DNA of 64,000 bases, taken from Eledone cirrhosa (Eukaryota). Positions 26,829-39,374 of this stretch are shown piece by piece. The number at the start of each line of letters is the position of its first letter. Positions within the stretch are counted from its first letter, which is position 1. The position numbers and the translations under genes are program-made. The DNA is taken from positions 116,746,001-116,810,000 of the forward strand of contig OZ024745.1 of assembly GCA_964016885.1 (NCBI GenBank), written 5' to 3'. The notes under the pieces are model-generated. The model was not told where the DNA came from, made no database searches, and saw nothing but the letters and a program-made list of their open reading frames with translations.

Positions 26829-27169
26829 TGTCTCGTCCTATGGCAATTCTAGCAGACTATTTACATTCAATATCTAATTAGAAATGTATGTTATTATCAT
26901 AAAGAAATACACCAGGGAGGTAAACCATACATAAGATAATTACACGGACTTTTATCCAGTAATTATCATTAATACAAACAGACTGTCAGTGATTATAAAT
27001 GCATTTTCTACTTTACAAAGAAATTCCTAAATTTATCCTGAAACTATGTTTTCACACCAGTCGAGTCTATTTATTTTACCATTATTCTACAGACGAGTTA
27101 CAGAAAATGTTAACATTCTACAGAGACGAGCAATAGGAACTATTAACTAATGATAAATGTACTACTTAC

Positions 27170-27224
27170 AAAATAAAGATAAGCTCCTCACAACGTGTTT
27201 CATATTTACTTCTGCCATTTTCAT
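27170..27224 (-). CDS. Candidate first coding exon (MKMAEVNMKHVVRSLSLF, phase-1 intron)
   Basis: AAAATGG start context, canonical GTAAGT donor at 27169, upstream TATAAA. Confidence 0.35.
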
Positions 27225-27283
27225 ATTACGGATGTGAATTTGATATTTTGACAATAGAACCAATGTTATATGCTAGTATTTAA

Positions 27284-27289
27284 TTTATA
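27284..27289 (-). promoter_or_regulatory. Candidate TATA box for the exon at 27170-27224
   Basis: TATAAA about 60 nt upstream of the ATG, preceded by a GA-rich tract. Confidence 0.25.
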
Positions 27290-27477
27290 GTACTTCACTT
27301 TCTCACTCTCTCTCCCCCTCTCTCTCTCTTTTTTCTCTTACTTCCTTTCTCTCCCTCTCTCTCTCTCTTCACTATTTTCATATTAAGTAAAAATGCTAAT
27401 TTCCCATGTTTATTGAATAATAGACTTTGATAGAAATATTACTTGCAAATATTTTATTTTCTGCTATTGGTCTTTAT

Positions 27478-27700
27478 AATGGTTTCTCATTTAGGCACAA
27501 GGCCAGCAATTTTGGGGGAAAAGGAAAGTCGATTAAATCGACCACAGTGCGTTACTGGTACTTTATTTTATCGATCAGGTAAGGATGAAAGGCAAAGTTC
27601 ACCTCAGCAGGATTTGAACTCAGATCATAAAGGGCCGGCCGTAACTCAATGCTGCAAAGCATAGCGTCCGACCCTCTACCGATACTGCCAACCACCGCTC
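27478..27700 (-). mobile_element. SINE family A (long variant) with TSD TTGGTCTTTATAAT
   Basis: Full head to tail; 14-bp direct repeat at 27467 and 27706. Confidence 0.9.
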
Positions 27701-27962
27701 TAATTTTGGTCTTTATAATAAAGTAACTTTCCTTCAAATTCCACACACTTTAGCTGTCATATAAAGAGATATTGATATAGAGAAATCTATTATCTAAAGT
27801 ATATTACTTTACTTCAATTCAGATTTGTGTATTCAGTAAAAGGATTAAGATTTTACACATTTTTAGATTCTTGTATTTTTCTAAAGCATTATGAAAATTT
27901 AGATGCAATAAAGTAAACGAATTTTATATACACATATGACTGAGTTAGCGTAATAAGTGTCT

Positions 27963-28380
27963 ATACAAGGTGTGTCAGAAACAAGACTGGGGTCGCAACT
28001 AAGAAATATTTCAAATTCGTACTACAAACTCTAAGTTTTTTCCTTTCAAAATAATCCCATTCTAGTCTTACACATTTTCCCATCCTTCTCTGCCACGTCT
28101 CCATGCAGCCCAGGAAGGATTTTCTCGGAATTCTCTGCAGCTCAGTCGCCGAGGCCATTTTGATGGCTTCCACGCCCGGGAAACGATGACCCTATGACAC
28201 ACCACAGGTGATAACACTCCCCAGCCAGTCTAGTTCGACTTCAACACGCTAGAGGATGTACTGACACACCAGCATGTTCCGATCCTTCTGAACATCGTTC
28301 AGCAGATTTGGCACCTTCTTCACACAAATATTCCACCTATTCAACTCTTCAGTGAAAGTCAGGAGTTGTCTCTGATTTGT
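27963..28380 (-). mobile_element. Mariner transposon remnant (3' TIR + transposase C-terminus, internally deleted)
   Basis: EAIKMASATELQRIPRKSFLGCMETWQRRMGKCVRLEWDYFE; TA-CAAGGTGTGTCAGAAA terminus. Confidence 0.8.
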
Positions 28381-28499
28381 CTTAGCCGTGTAAGTTCATA
28401 TAGTTCGATCTCTCCTTCACCGATGATCCTGAATTGACTATTGAACTTCACTATTTAATGGTGAAACATAATGGAATATGTATGAGAGAGTATAAATAA

Positions 28500-28688
28500 A
28501 TAATTGTTTCTACTTTTGGCTCAAGGCCAGCAGTTATCCCAGTGTATTACTGGTACTTTATTTAATCGACCCCGTAAGGATGAAAGGCAAAGTTAACCTC
28601 GGCGGGAGTTGAACTCAGACCGTAAAGGGGCGTAACTCTATGCTACAAAGCATGGCGTCTGACCCTCTACCGATACTGCCAATCTGCC
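28500..28688 (-). mobile_element. SINE family A (short variant) with TSD AGAGTATAAATAAT
   Basis: Core identity with other copies; flanking direct repeat. Confidence 0.9.
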
Positions 28689-28954
28689 AGAGTATAAATA
28701 ATTGTAGAAGTTTTTGTTAAATTTCAATATGCTACCTCTTGTAACTATATTCTGACATTCTTTACTAAAATCCGAAGAGGGATCGATAAGGATATAATAT
28801 ATATAATATATATAAACCCGTAGAGCAAATATTTATAATAAGAACAGATCAACAAATTGGCCAACTTATAGATTTATTTCCTGACTAATATTCTTCTGGT
28901 ACAGTATGATATTCAACATGAAATATTTTACAATAGTCTAAGAGTGTGAAACAA

Positions 28955-29570
28955 GACACAAGAACAAGAACGAGGGGTCCATTCTACTGACATGGCTTAT
29001 AAAAGAGGCTGTTTGCATAATTATGCAATTATAATTGCAAACGAATCGAATATTATTAATATTCGAAAAACTCGGACTACATTTATTGTATTCAGCCATG
29101 TAGTGCGATAAACTATTTGTTTGTTATTTGATTGTTACAAAGCCGGTCATTAATCGCTCGTATACAGGAAACTGACTGGCCAGTCTGCTGATATGCAGAT
29201 CTGGCTGATCAGTGGCTCTGCTAATATGCAGATCTGACTGATCAGCCAGTCTGCTAATATGCTCATCTCACTGATCAGTGGGTCTGCTAATATGCAAATC
29301 AGGCCGATCAGTCACTGTATATTTCAGAAAATATCATATATTTTCACTAGCTCTGACAGTTGGCAGGTGAACAGTAGACTGTACTGATGAAGGGTAATCA
29401 CCCAGAAACATTAGTGTCTGCAGTTCTGTTCACATGCCAACACAAGAGCAAGAACGAGGACACATTCTATTGACATGGCTTATAAAAGAGGCTGCTTGCA
29501 TAATTGCAAATGAATCGGATATTATTGATATTCGAAAAACTCAGATTACATTCATAATATATTCAACACT
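28955..29570 (+). mobile_element. Retrozyme/pLTR-like tandem unit (~480-bp period) with internal ~31-bp subrepeats and a hammerhead
   Basis: acaagaacaagaacgagg..gacatggcttataaaagaggct..ttcgaaaaactc occurs at 28958 and 29440; no ORF recognised. Confidence 0.65.
29377..29425 (+). ncRNA. Type I hammerhead ribozyme, intact core
   Basis: GACTGTA-CTGATGA-AGGGT AATC ACCCA-GAAA-CA TTAG TG-TC-TGCAGTT; 7-bp stem I, GUC triplet. Confidence 0.8.
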
Positions 29571-29587
29571 CATTAAATATCATATAG

Positions 29588-29711
<124 letters not shown>

Positions 29712-31270
29712 ATGCACACTTATGCCGCATTTCAATACTTGGTAAAAGAAAACAACCATGCTTGTTTTGGAAATACTTTGTAAATAGATTATAAATGTTC
29801 GTTGTATAAATATATTTTGAATAGATTGCACAAGTTATTTGTTATAAAGACATATATAAGAAATGTTTGGAGTAACATTTTCAGATATGTACATTTTCAG
29901 ATTTGTACCTTGTGGGTAAGATGACACAAAATGAAGAAACAAAGAAAGAAGCTATATGACAAAACTCCTATATTCAATGACAATATAGAAACTTGTACAA
30001 TGGAAAAATTACAATGAAGATTACTACAATAGTAAAGAAGAAAGGAAGATGCAATTCAAGATTACATTCAGATTCTACAGACACCATAATCAATGAGAAA
30101 TAAAGAAATAGAGAAATTTGGAAATAATAAATTCCAATTGGAATTTATTATTTATTATTTATTATTATTATTATTTAGAATCCATTGGTAACTATAAACC
30201 AATGTAGCACTTATTGAGTAATAGTTTTCTAAGAATACGATTTGTGCTTAATGACTAATCATTGCAATGTTATCTTATCTGGTTTTACTAACAATGGCGG
30301 TAAATAAAGCCGTATGATGTATAGTTAAGAGTGAATGCTAACATATTTAACGAACTGAGCCCCTCAAAACCTTTTAACCAATTAAAATTAGTCATAAAGA
30401 AAAGAGAAATGATCATCATTAATGATATATGTTGTCGATAAAGACAACAGTGACATCATTGAAACCAAATTGAATGTCAGTGAGTCTGGTTTTTGGTAGT
30501 TATGGCGACAAATCAGAACTCCTCTTTGTCTTATTAGATAAGTTCTGAGAAACATAGTTCATATAAAGGCTTAGAATGTGCACATATCAGTAATTATTCA
30601 CTGTTAATTTGAAACAGTAATCTCTTATAAGGCGAGAAATTTGGAAGACAATTAACAGTCATTTATATAAGTAGCAATGTTTGACTGTTACTTTATTCTA
30701 TCGACCTTGATAGGGTGAAAGGCAGAGTTAACTTCTCGTGCAAAGAAACACAGAACATGAATCTTTGGGAAATGTTCCTATGTCACAGACAGGAATCTGC
30801 TTTGATAAACTAAATTCAACGTTTTTACATGATATTAAACAAGTTCCTGATAGTATTAAAGCTAATCTCCTAAAGTGTTAGTATTACGACATTACAGTTT
30901 CAATGGTACAGCTGTAACTGTCATTTAAAACGAAATGAGCTAATTAATTTTTCAAAAGCGATATTTTGTAGCTATGACAATATCCTTACAAATGTGATGT
31001 CATTAAAAAGAGATACATGCGAAAAGTGTTGTATCAAAATATTTTTAATAACCAGCAGAAAATAGTGTGTGTAGTAATTTTCCGACTGACAAGCTTTCAG
31101 AAATGATTTATTTATATTATATTAATAAATAAACAACAGTGTCGTTGTTTACTGGTTCTGTTGAGAGAATCATTGACAATAAGGTAATATCTGCAGCTCG
31201 GTGGTGAATATTCTTACAAGTGTCATCATTCTAAAAGCACGAGTTCTTTATTTATATGTAGGTGAAACCA

Positions 31271-31377
<107 letters not shown>

Positions 31378-31527
31378 AGGTTACCTTATACAGCAACACC
31401 AGAATCAACAGTTTTGCAAGAGATGGTGACTGGAATAGACCTGTTTTGTTTCTTTTCTCCAAGAAAAATGCTTGTTTCTGCCACTGCCCATTCTCCCCCA
31501 TATTTCTATTTCTTTAATTTCTCATTC

Positions 31528-31566
31528 TATTTTTGTTGAAGGACTGCCGTCCGAAACGTTAAAATT
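31528..31566 (+). ncRNA. Degenerate hammerhead in a TA-embedded PLE-like fragment (31372-31640)
   Basis: TTGTTGA-AGGAC TGCC GTCC-GAAA-CG-TT-AAAAT; two core mismatches. Confidence 0.45.
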
Positions 31567-31653
31567 CTTTTCCTACAATATCAAGCGTAAAACTAATAAT
31601 ATATTTCTTCATTGTTACATTGTACAGTGTCGTTTGCTTTGTTATATATATGC

Positions 31654-31785
<132 letters not shown>

Positions 31786-31899
31786 GTGTATATATATATT
31801 TTTTTAGGAACGATCGACTTTTTTGTCAAATCGGACCGAGGGAACAATGTTTCCGTTGGTCTTTCCAATTGCTAATACTATCTATCGGTTGCAACTCCA

Positions 31900-32028
31900 G
31901 GTAGAAGGAGCAACGTGAAATAAAGTGTCTTGCTCAAGGACATAACTCATCGCCTGGTCCAGGAATCGAACTCACAACCTTACGATTGCGAATACAATTC
32001 TCTAACCACTCAGCCACACGCCTTCACT
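31900..32028 (-). mobile_element. tRNA-derived SINE family C head (related to 63663-63905)
   Basis: Minus strand: gtggctgagtggttagag (A box), gagttcgattcc (B box), gtccttgagcaagacact. Confidence 0.8.
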
Positions 32029-32059
32029 GTGTATATATATATATATATGCATATATGTG

Positions 32060-32090
<31 letters not shown>

Positions 32091-32207
32091 GGGTATACAT
32101 ATATATATATAGATATACATTTATATATGTATGTATGTATGTCTGTATGTATGTAAAAGGTAAATAGACATAACAATACAATCGGTACAGTATATGGAAG
32201 GAATATA

Positions 32208-32374
32208 TTAGTTTAACGCTTGAAATAGCAGGACGATGGTCTTAGATTGAAGGGATGGGCGGGGTGGAATTGGAAAAATAACAGTTCCATTCATGTTGAC
32301 ATCTCTTGAAAAACTGTTGATGCTGGCGTTTCGTGTATGATATACCTTTTTTAGAAAAGTGGATGATGGAATAC
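32208..32374 (-). CDS. Candidate exon ([27 protein letters not shown]...)
   Basis: Good acceptor TTTGATTCCATTTCAG|G followed by an open frame; no homology recognised. Confidence 0.2.
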
Positions 32375-32627
32375 CTGAAATGGAATCAAAGCCGTTTTGA
32401 GTATTTATGTATATGCTGTACTTGCGCGCATGCGCCAAGACATGTCTTTGAAAAGTGTTATCGAAAGATTTTTCAGTATTTATGTATATGCTTGAGTGTA
32501 AGAGTATGTGTGTAATGTACGTGTGCGTGCGCGCGTGTGTATGTGTGTTATACGTCCGTATGAAGCTAAGAGGATATGTGTGTGTATATGTAAGTAAAAG
32601 GGTGTGTGTGTACTTGTAAGTACGAAA

Positions 32628-32686
<59 letters not shown>

Positions 32687-33399
32687 TTTCTTCTATGTGA
32701 AGATTATATTAAAACAAACTTGCTTAAGATAAAACGCAATCTGCTCAAGCCGGAAACGACGATGTTTCCATGCAAACTCCATAACGAGGCTGTAATACAT
32801 TTATGCACATGAAATACAACAGAAGGTGGCACTTGACGTTCTAAAGATAATAGCTAATCCCATAATATATTACATAGTATGGTTCTAGATACGTGACTTG
32901 AAAACATTAAGTGATGGTCAGAATTACAATACATTTGATCACATGTCCAATCAGGATTTAACCAGTGGTTAAACAATAAATACATTAAATCCTCATATTG
33001 ATTTGTAACAGGTTTCTGTTTACAAATTCGAAAGCCGTAAGATTTGATTTTCTTTCACATCAAATGAAGAAAAGCATTTGACGTCTAGACGTAAACAGCA
33101 GAAGGTTCTTTTGTTTTTTTTCTGAGACTAAACAATCGGTGTTTTGTATTTATAGAGAATCACAAGAGATTTAATCGTACATAACCAGTCATGCATGAAT
33201 GGTAACTACTGTATGGGTATTACATGGTCCTGTAACTCTTGTGGCAGTCGTAGGGGCGTTGTATAGACATACTCGCACGGCGTTTCTTGGGCATTTTAAG
33301 CTTGACGGAGACCCTCCCTCTCCAGGCCTGAGCACTGCAGATTTTCTCCAGATGAAAATAGAAAGTAAGAGAGAGGAAGCGAGAAAGAGATATAGAGGA

Positions 33400-33562
33400 A
33401 GAATCGACCCTAGTACTTGACTGGTAAATTTTTAATCGACTTCGAAAGGATGAAAGGCAAAGTTGACCTCAGCAGGATTTGAACTCAGAGAGAAGAGAGC
33501 CGGAACGAATACCGCAAAGCATTCTATCCGAGGTTCTAACGACTCTACCAATTCTCTGCCAC
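33400..33562 (-). mobile_element. SINE family A, older partial copy
   Basis: aatcgaccctagtacttgactggta..ggatgaaaggcaaagttgacctc..gatttgaactcag. Confidence 0.8.
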
Positions 33563-33832
33563 AGTACTATATAAAGAAGCTTAAAAGCACTAGATGGTAC
33601 TAGACATTACACAACACAATTCATATTTAGCCGTCATTGCAATTCCTAAATGGTGCCTGTACATACTCATTTTACTTTCTGTTCTGATCCAAAATCTAAC
33701 TTCTTAAAAAAACTACATGGATTACAAGGTAAACGTGTGTAGTTATCAAGTTGACTCTCTGGAAATGGGAATAGGATGTGAAAGATTGCTTTGCCATTTC
33801 GAACTAATAAAGATACTCTAAACTTCTAAATT

Positions 33833-35343
33833 ACAAACTTCATACGACTCTTTGCCGGCAAATCAGTTACACAACTAGGACTCTCGTCACAAACTTCATA
33901 CGGCTCTCTGCCAAATCAGTTACACAACTAGGACTCTCGTCACAAACTGCATACGGCTCTCTGCCAAATCAGTTACACAACTAGGACTCTCGTCACAAAC
34001 TGCATACGGCTCTCTGTCAAATCAGTTACACAACTAGGACTCTCGTCACAAACTTCATACGGCTCTCTGTCAAATCAGTTACACAACTAGGACTCTCGTC
34101 ACAAACTTCATACGGCTCTCTGCCAAATCAGTTACACAACTAGGACTCTCGTCACAAACTTCATACGGCTCTCTGTCAAATCAGTTACACAACTAGGACT
34201 CTCGTCACAAACTGCATACGGCTCTCTGCCAAATCAGTTACACAACTAGGACTCTCGTCACAAACTGCATACGGCTCTCTGCCAAATCAGTTACACAACT
34301 AGGACTCTCGTCACAAACTGCATACGGCTCTCTGCCAAATCAGTTACACAACTAGGACTCTCGTCACAAACTTCATACGGCTCTCTGCCAAATCAGTTAC
34401 ACAACTAGGACTCTCGTCACAAACTGCATACGACTCTCTGCCAAATCAGTTACACAACTAGGACTCTCGTCACAAACTGCATACGGCTCTCTGCCAAATC
34501 AGTTACACAACTAGGACTCTCGTCACAAACTGCATACGGCTCTCTGCCAAATCAGTTACACAACTAGGACTCTCGTCACAAACTTCATACGACTCTTTAC
34601 CAAAACAGTTACACAACTAGGACTCTCGTCACAAACTGCATACGACTCTTTGCCAAATCAGTTACACAACTAAGACTCTCGTCACAAACTGCATACGACT
34701 CTCTGCCAAATCAGTTACACAACTAGGACTCTCGTCACAAACTGCATACGACTCTCTGCCAAATCAGTTACACAACTAGGACTCTCGTCACAAACTGCAT
34801 ACGACTCTCTGCCAAATCAGTTACACAACTAGGACTCTCGTCACAAACTGCATACGACTCTCTGCCAAATCAGTTACACAACTAGGACTCTCGTCACAAA
34901 CTGCATACGACTCTCTGCCAAATCAGTTACACAACTAGGACTCTCGTCACAAACTTCATACGACTCTTTGTCAAATCAGTTACACAACTAGGACTCTCGT
35001 CACAAACTTCATACGACTCTTTGTCAAATCAGTTACACAACTAGGACTCTCGTCACAAACTTCATACGACTCTTTGTCAAATCAGTTACACAACTAGGAC
35101 TCTCGTCACAAATTTCATACGACTCTCTGCCAAATCAGTTACACAACTAGGACTCTCGTCACAAACTTCATACGGCTCTCTGCCAAATCAGTTACACAAC
35201 TAGGACTCTCGTCACAAACTTCATACGGCTCTCTGCCAAATCAGTTACACAACTAGGACTCTCGTCACAAACTGCATACGGCTCTCTGCCAAATCAGTTA
35301 CACAACTAGGACTCTCGTCACAAACTGCATACGGCTCTCTGCC
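33833..35343. repeat. 53-bp minisatellite, about 28 copies
   Basis: Unit ctctgccaaatcagttacacaactaggactctcgtcacaaactgcatacggct; period 53 (33878 to 33931); no spacers. Confidence 0.97.
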
Positions 35344-35639
35344 TAGTCAAAACGAAATAAATTGTTAAAACACGTGTGCTGCATTTCAACATTCAATCTA
35401 TGACAGCAATACAAATTTGTATTACTGTCAACAATGTCAATTATTATCTTCGCGTCATATCATAAACGGAATATATAAAAGGAATAAAAGATATGTGAAG
35501 CTAGAAGACATGTTTGAAAGTATTGATAGGAATGGACAGTGGAACTATCACTGAAGCATCCCTTAAATGACATTCAACTCAGTGAAGCATTGATAAGACT
35601 CTCAACAATGAAAACAATTGATAAATTATAATTATATAC

Positions 35640-36340
35640 GTCTGTGTGTGTGTCAGTGTGTGTGTTTGTGTGTGCGTCTGTGTGTCGTCTATGTCTGTGT
35701 GTGTATCTGTCTGGGTGTGTCTGTGTGTGTGTGTGTGTGTGTCTGTCTGTCTGTGTGTGTGTGTAGGTGTGTATGTGTGTGTGTGAGTCTGTGTGTCGTC
35801 TATGTCTGTGTGTCTGTGTGTGTCTGTGTGTGTCTGTGGGTCTGTATGTGTGTCTGTGTGTGTGTGTATGTGTGTATGTGTGTGTCTGTGTGTCGTCTAT
35901 GTCTGTGTGTCTGTGTGTGTATGTGTGTGTCTGTGGGTCTGTATGTGTGTCTGTGTGTATGTGTGTGTGTGTCTGTGTGTCGTCTATGTCTGTGTGTCTG
36001 TGTGTGTCTGTGTGTGCCTGTGGGTCTATATGTGTGTATGTGTGTGTATGTGTGTATGTGTGTGTATGTGTGTGTATGTGTGTATGTGTGTATGTGTGTA
36101 TGTGTGTATGTGTGTGTGTGTGTGTGCCTGTCTGTGTGTCGTCTATGTCTGTGTGTCTGTGTGTATCTGTGTGTGCCTGTGTGTCTGTATGTGTGTCTGT
36201 GTGTGTGTGTATGTGTGTATGTGTGTGTGTGTGTGTCTGTGTGTCGTCTATGTCTGTGCGTCTGTGTGTGTCTGTGTGTGCCTGTGGGTCTATATGTGTG
36301 TCTGTGTGTGTGTATGTGTGTATGTGTGTATGTGTGTATG
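35640..36340. repeat. Compound TG-rich satellite with recurring TGTCGTCTATGTC and TGTGGGTCT landmarks
   Basis: Seen directly. Confidence 0.9.
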
Positions 36341-36949
36341 CCGTTAAAAAAGGTGATACATTGACAGAGCTGGAAAGTAAATGGATAATCTGGTTGAACT
36401 GCAAAATATGGTAAGACAAACATTTTAAAAGACGGAGATCAGTTGGACAAGAAACTGTTATATAAACTATGTCTATGTATGTGTGTGTGTGTTGTAAGAA
36501 CTAAACTTCTGGGGTTTCCATTCCACTTATTCCTTTAATGGTTTGGGTATTTTCTTGATTGTTATTATTTTTCGATCTTTATATTACAGTAAGAGCTAGA
36601 CTTCCAGATGCGCGGCATCAGGTGATCTAAATGGATTATTTGAGGGTATAAAGCGGAGAGACAACGGGAGGGGTGGAGCACGGTCTAATACATAAAAGAG
36701 TCGTAGTCGCTGCAGATAATAATAGATTTGGCTTTATTATATAGAAACTACGTAATATGACAGCTTCAGCTTGATGACCTCTGTCTTCCTCATTAGGAGA
36801 CTTTTGTGGTCTGGTTACGTCAGCCGAATTTGGGAGGATGGGTGGTCCACCTTTGATATGCCGAATTCAAAGGGTGCGTACAGTTTGGTTTTGCAGACGT
36901 CATGGGTGTTTGGCGTTCGGTTTAGGTTGTTTGCTGAAGGTTAGTTTAC

Positions 36950-37142
36950 TAATTGTTTCTTCTTTTGGCACAAGGCCTGCAATTACCCCAGTGCATTACT
37001 GGTACTTTATTTTATCGACCCCGAAAGGATGAAAGGCAAAGTTAACGTCGGCGGGATTTGAACGGAGATCATAAAGGGCCCTAACTCTATGCTGCAAAGT
37101 ATGGCGTCCGACCCTCCACCGATACTGCCAATCCACCACCCT
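36950..37142 (-). mobile_element. SINE family A (short variant)
   Basis: Core identity with other copies. Confidence 0.9.
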
Positions 37143-38306
37143 CCTTAGAGTAAATAATATGAACCGCCTAACGCAGTTTAGACTGGTGATATTTTATTTG
37201 CTAATCCTCCGACTTTTTTAATTCAGTTATAAAATGTATAGGCTTAAAGCCGATGCATTGTATGAATAAGATTAAGTATAGTGTGTTGATGGTGAAACTT
37301 AAGATTTTAAGTCTATATGACGTTCGAACTTCAACATCAAAAGTTAAAATTGAGAAATAATTTCAAAATATGAAATATTGTTATAGTTAAAAGCATTATT
37401 CTACAGAGTTTTTATTCTCAAGATGATTTATATTACTAAAATATTTTTGAATGTTTAAAATAAAATAATTACAATAAAAGAAAATTTTAAATTATGAGTA
37501 AGGATATTTTAAGGATAATTTAATATTATCTTAAGAAACAGGTACCAAATATGTTCAACCTTCCATTTCAAAATGTTAAATGAAATTAATAACTTATACG
37601 TAGTAAGGCGAAGAACGTTACGTTTGATAACAGATTCGATTTGGTGAATTCATTTATAAATCATGTAGGTTCGAAACCGTTACAATAAATTAATATACAT
37701 GTCTATTGTAATAAGGTCTCACATTTCAATTTAAAATCCAGAAATCGTATTTTACACTACGAAGTTAAAAAACTAAAGTGTCTAGAATTAAATTTATAGC
37801 AGCGAGTTGAAGGACCCTTCTAAATGTAATCGATAGAAAGAACATTTAAAGGTGTGTTGTTATATTTTTTTTCTAACAATAGAATTAATAAAATGATATA
37901 CTGCATAAAATATGGAGAAAGTGAACTCAAGTTCAAGAATTAGAAAGAATATTTCTTCAATATTTCGCTTTGTAATTAATGCATTTATACATATTTAATT
38001 CCATTTTATTTTATCTTCTTTTCTGGTTGTTTCATTTTATGTGCCTTATTTTATTTTGTTTCATCTTAATCTATTATATTTTATTTTCACCTGCAATCAC
38101 CTTATATATTCTGAGCTATCATATTACCTGACTTGCTATGTTACATCGATCCTAACCATATTTATCATTCAACTACTTCTGCTATACAATAATCTCCTCT
38201 CACCCATCCTCAATTTTTCAGTAAATATAAGCAACATTTTTACAAGTTGTCTTTATTAAGATTTTGAAAGTTCACTAATCTTGAACTGTATCTTCAACTT
38301 GATCTG

Positions 38307-38362
<56 letters not shown>

Positions 38363-38751
38363 TACTACCCGAATTACCCGCGCCTTGCATTTTTTTTTTT
38401 TTTGTAAGAAAATGATGATTGATTTTAAATCAGTGATATAATTTATGGAGAAAAACTCTGCATTTCAATATTACTCGATGTAAAATGTAATGCATGAAAA
38501 ATTGGAAAACATTATTTTTTGTAATATATCAAATCAAAATTATATTATTAAATCTTATTCTTATTTTGTTTCTTGTAAAAAAACTTTTTGCAAAATATCA
38601 ATTCAAAACTATTGTGAATAGGCATCATATCTTGTCATTTACTTATGCTTTAAATTTCATATAAATCGAAGGGAAAATTTTCAGCGCGGGGAACCCTTTG
38701 ATTAAAATGAAATATACTTATCCAAGTACCTTGCGCACTGTAGTTTCAGAA

Positions 38752-38814
38752 CATATATGGTTATGGGGGTCTATCTCCATATGATTATGGATAAAGACCC
38801 CATAACCATATATG
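38752..38814. other. 63-nt near-perfect hairpin
   Basis: CATATATGGTTATGGGGGTCT ... AGACCCCATAACCATATATG plus inner TCCATA/TATGGA. Confidence 0.85.
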
Positions 38815-39374
38815 GTAGTGGAGGGTACAGGGGTGGTATTGTTGTGGTTGTGTGTGTACCGAAAGGGTAAAACTGGTAGATGTGCATTGCTTCAGTCGGT
38901 GTGGGTGTGTGAACACGTGAGTGTCTCAAAGTAGGTAATAATGGTATATCGTGCAATGGCCATACTCGATAACGAGGAGGCAGCCATCATCATGTATATA
39001 TGTATGTCAAGTCTCACTCGAGTGCTATTGGAAACATGTAACCCAGGGTAACTTGTCTCATGGTCGGGTCGTCGGTAACTAAACTGGCAACCCCACCAAG
39101 CTTGCTTGGTGAGGAGGGTGATATTTGGATACCCTGTGGGATGAAATACGAAACTCGGCAAATGGCGGAGGAACTCAACAGAGTCAACGGCCATCCAAGT
39201 TGTTGTCAACACCTTTCTAGGAGAGGCAAACTCTGAAACAACCTGCTGCTTCGGAAGCATCCGATGATGTTGACCAGTTCTCCTTTTCGGGTAAGTCCCA
39301 GACATCATTGTCAGAGCCATAGAGAGGCTGTCTTCTTCTTGGGCTACTATCCTAAGGAGAGAGGACTCTATTTT

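Noticed and set aside
33833-35343. CRISPR-like periodic array (also 60020-61580 and 41565-42085)
   Set aside because: Head-to-tail units without unique spacers, no cas genes, eukaryotic context
39060-39200. HDV-like or twister ribozyme in the LINE leader
   Set aside because: Could not build P1/P2/P3 or find the twister L4 motif; only a simple hairpin is evident
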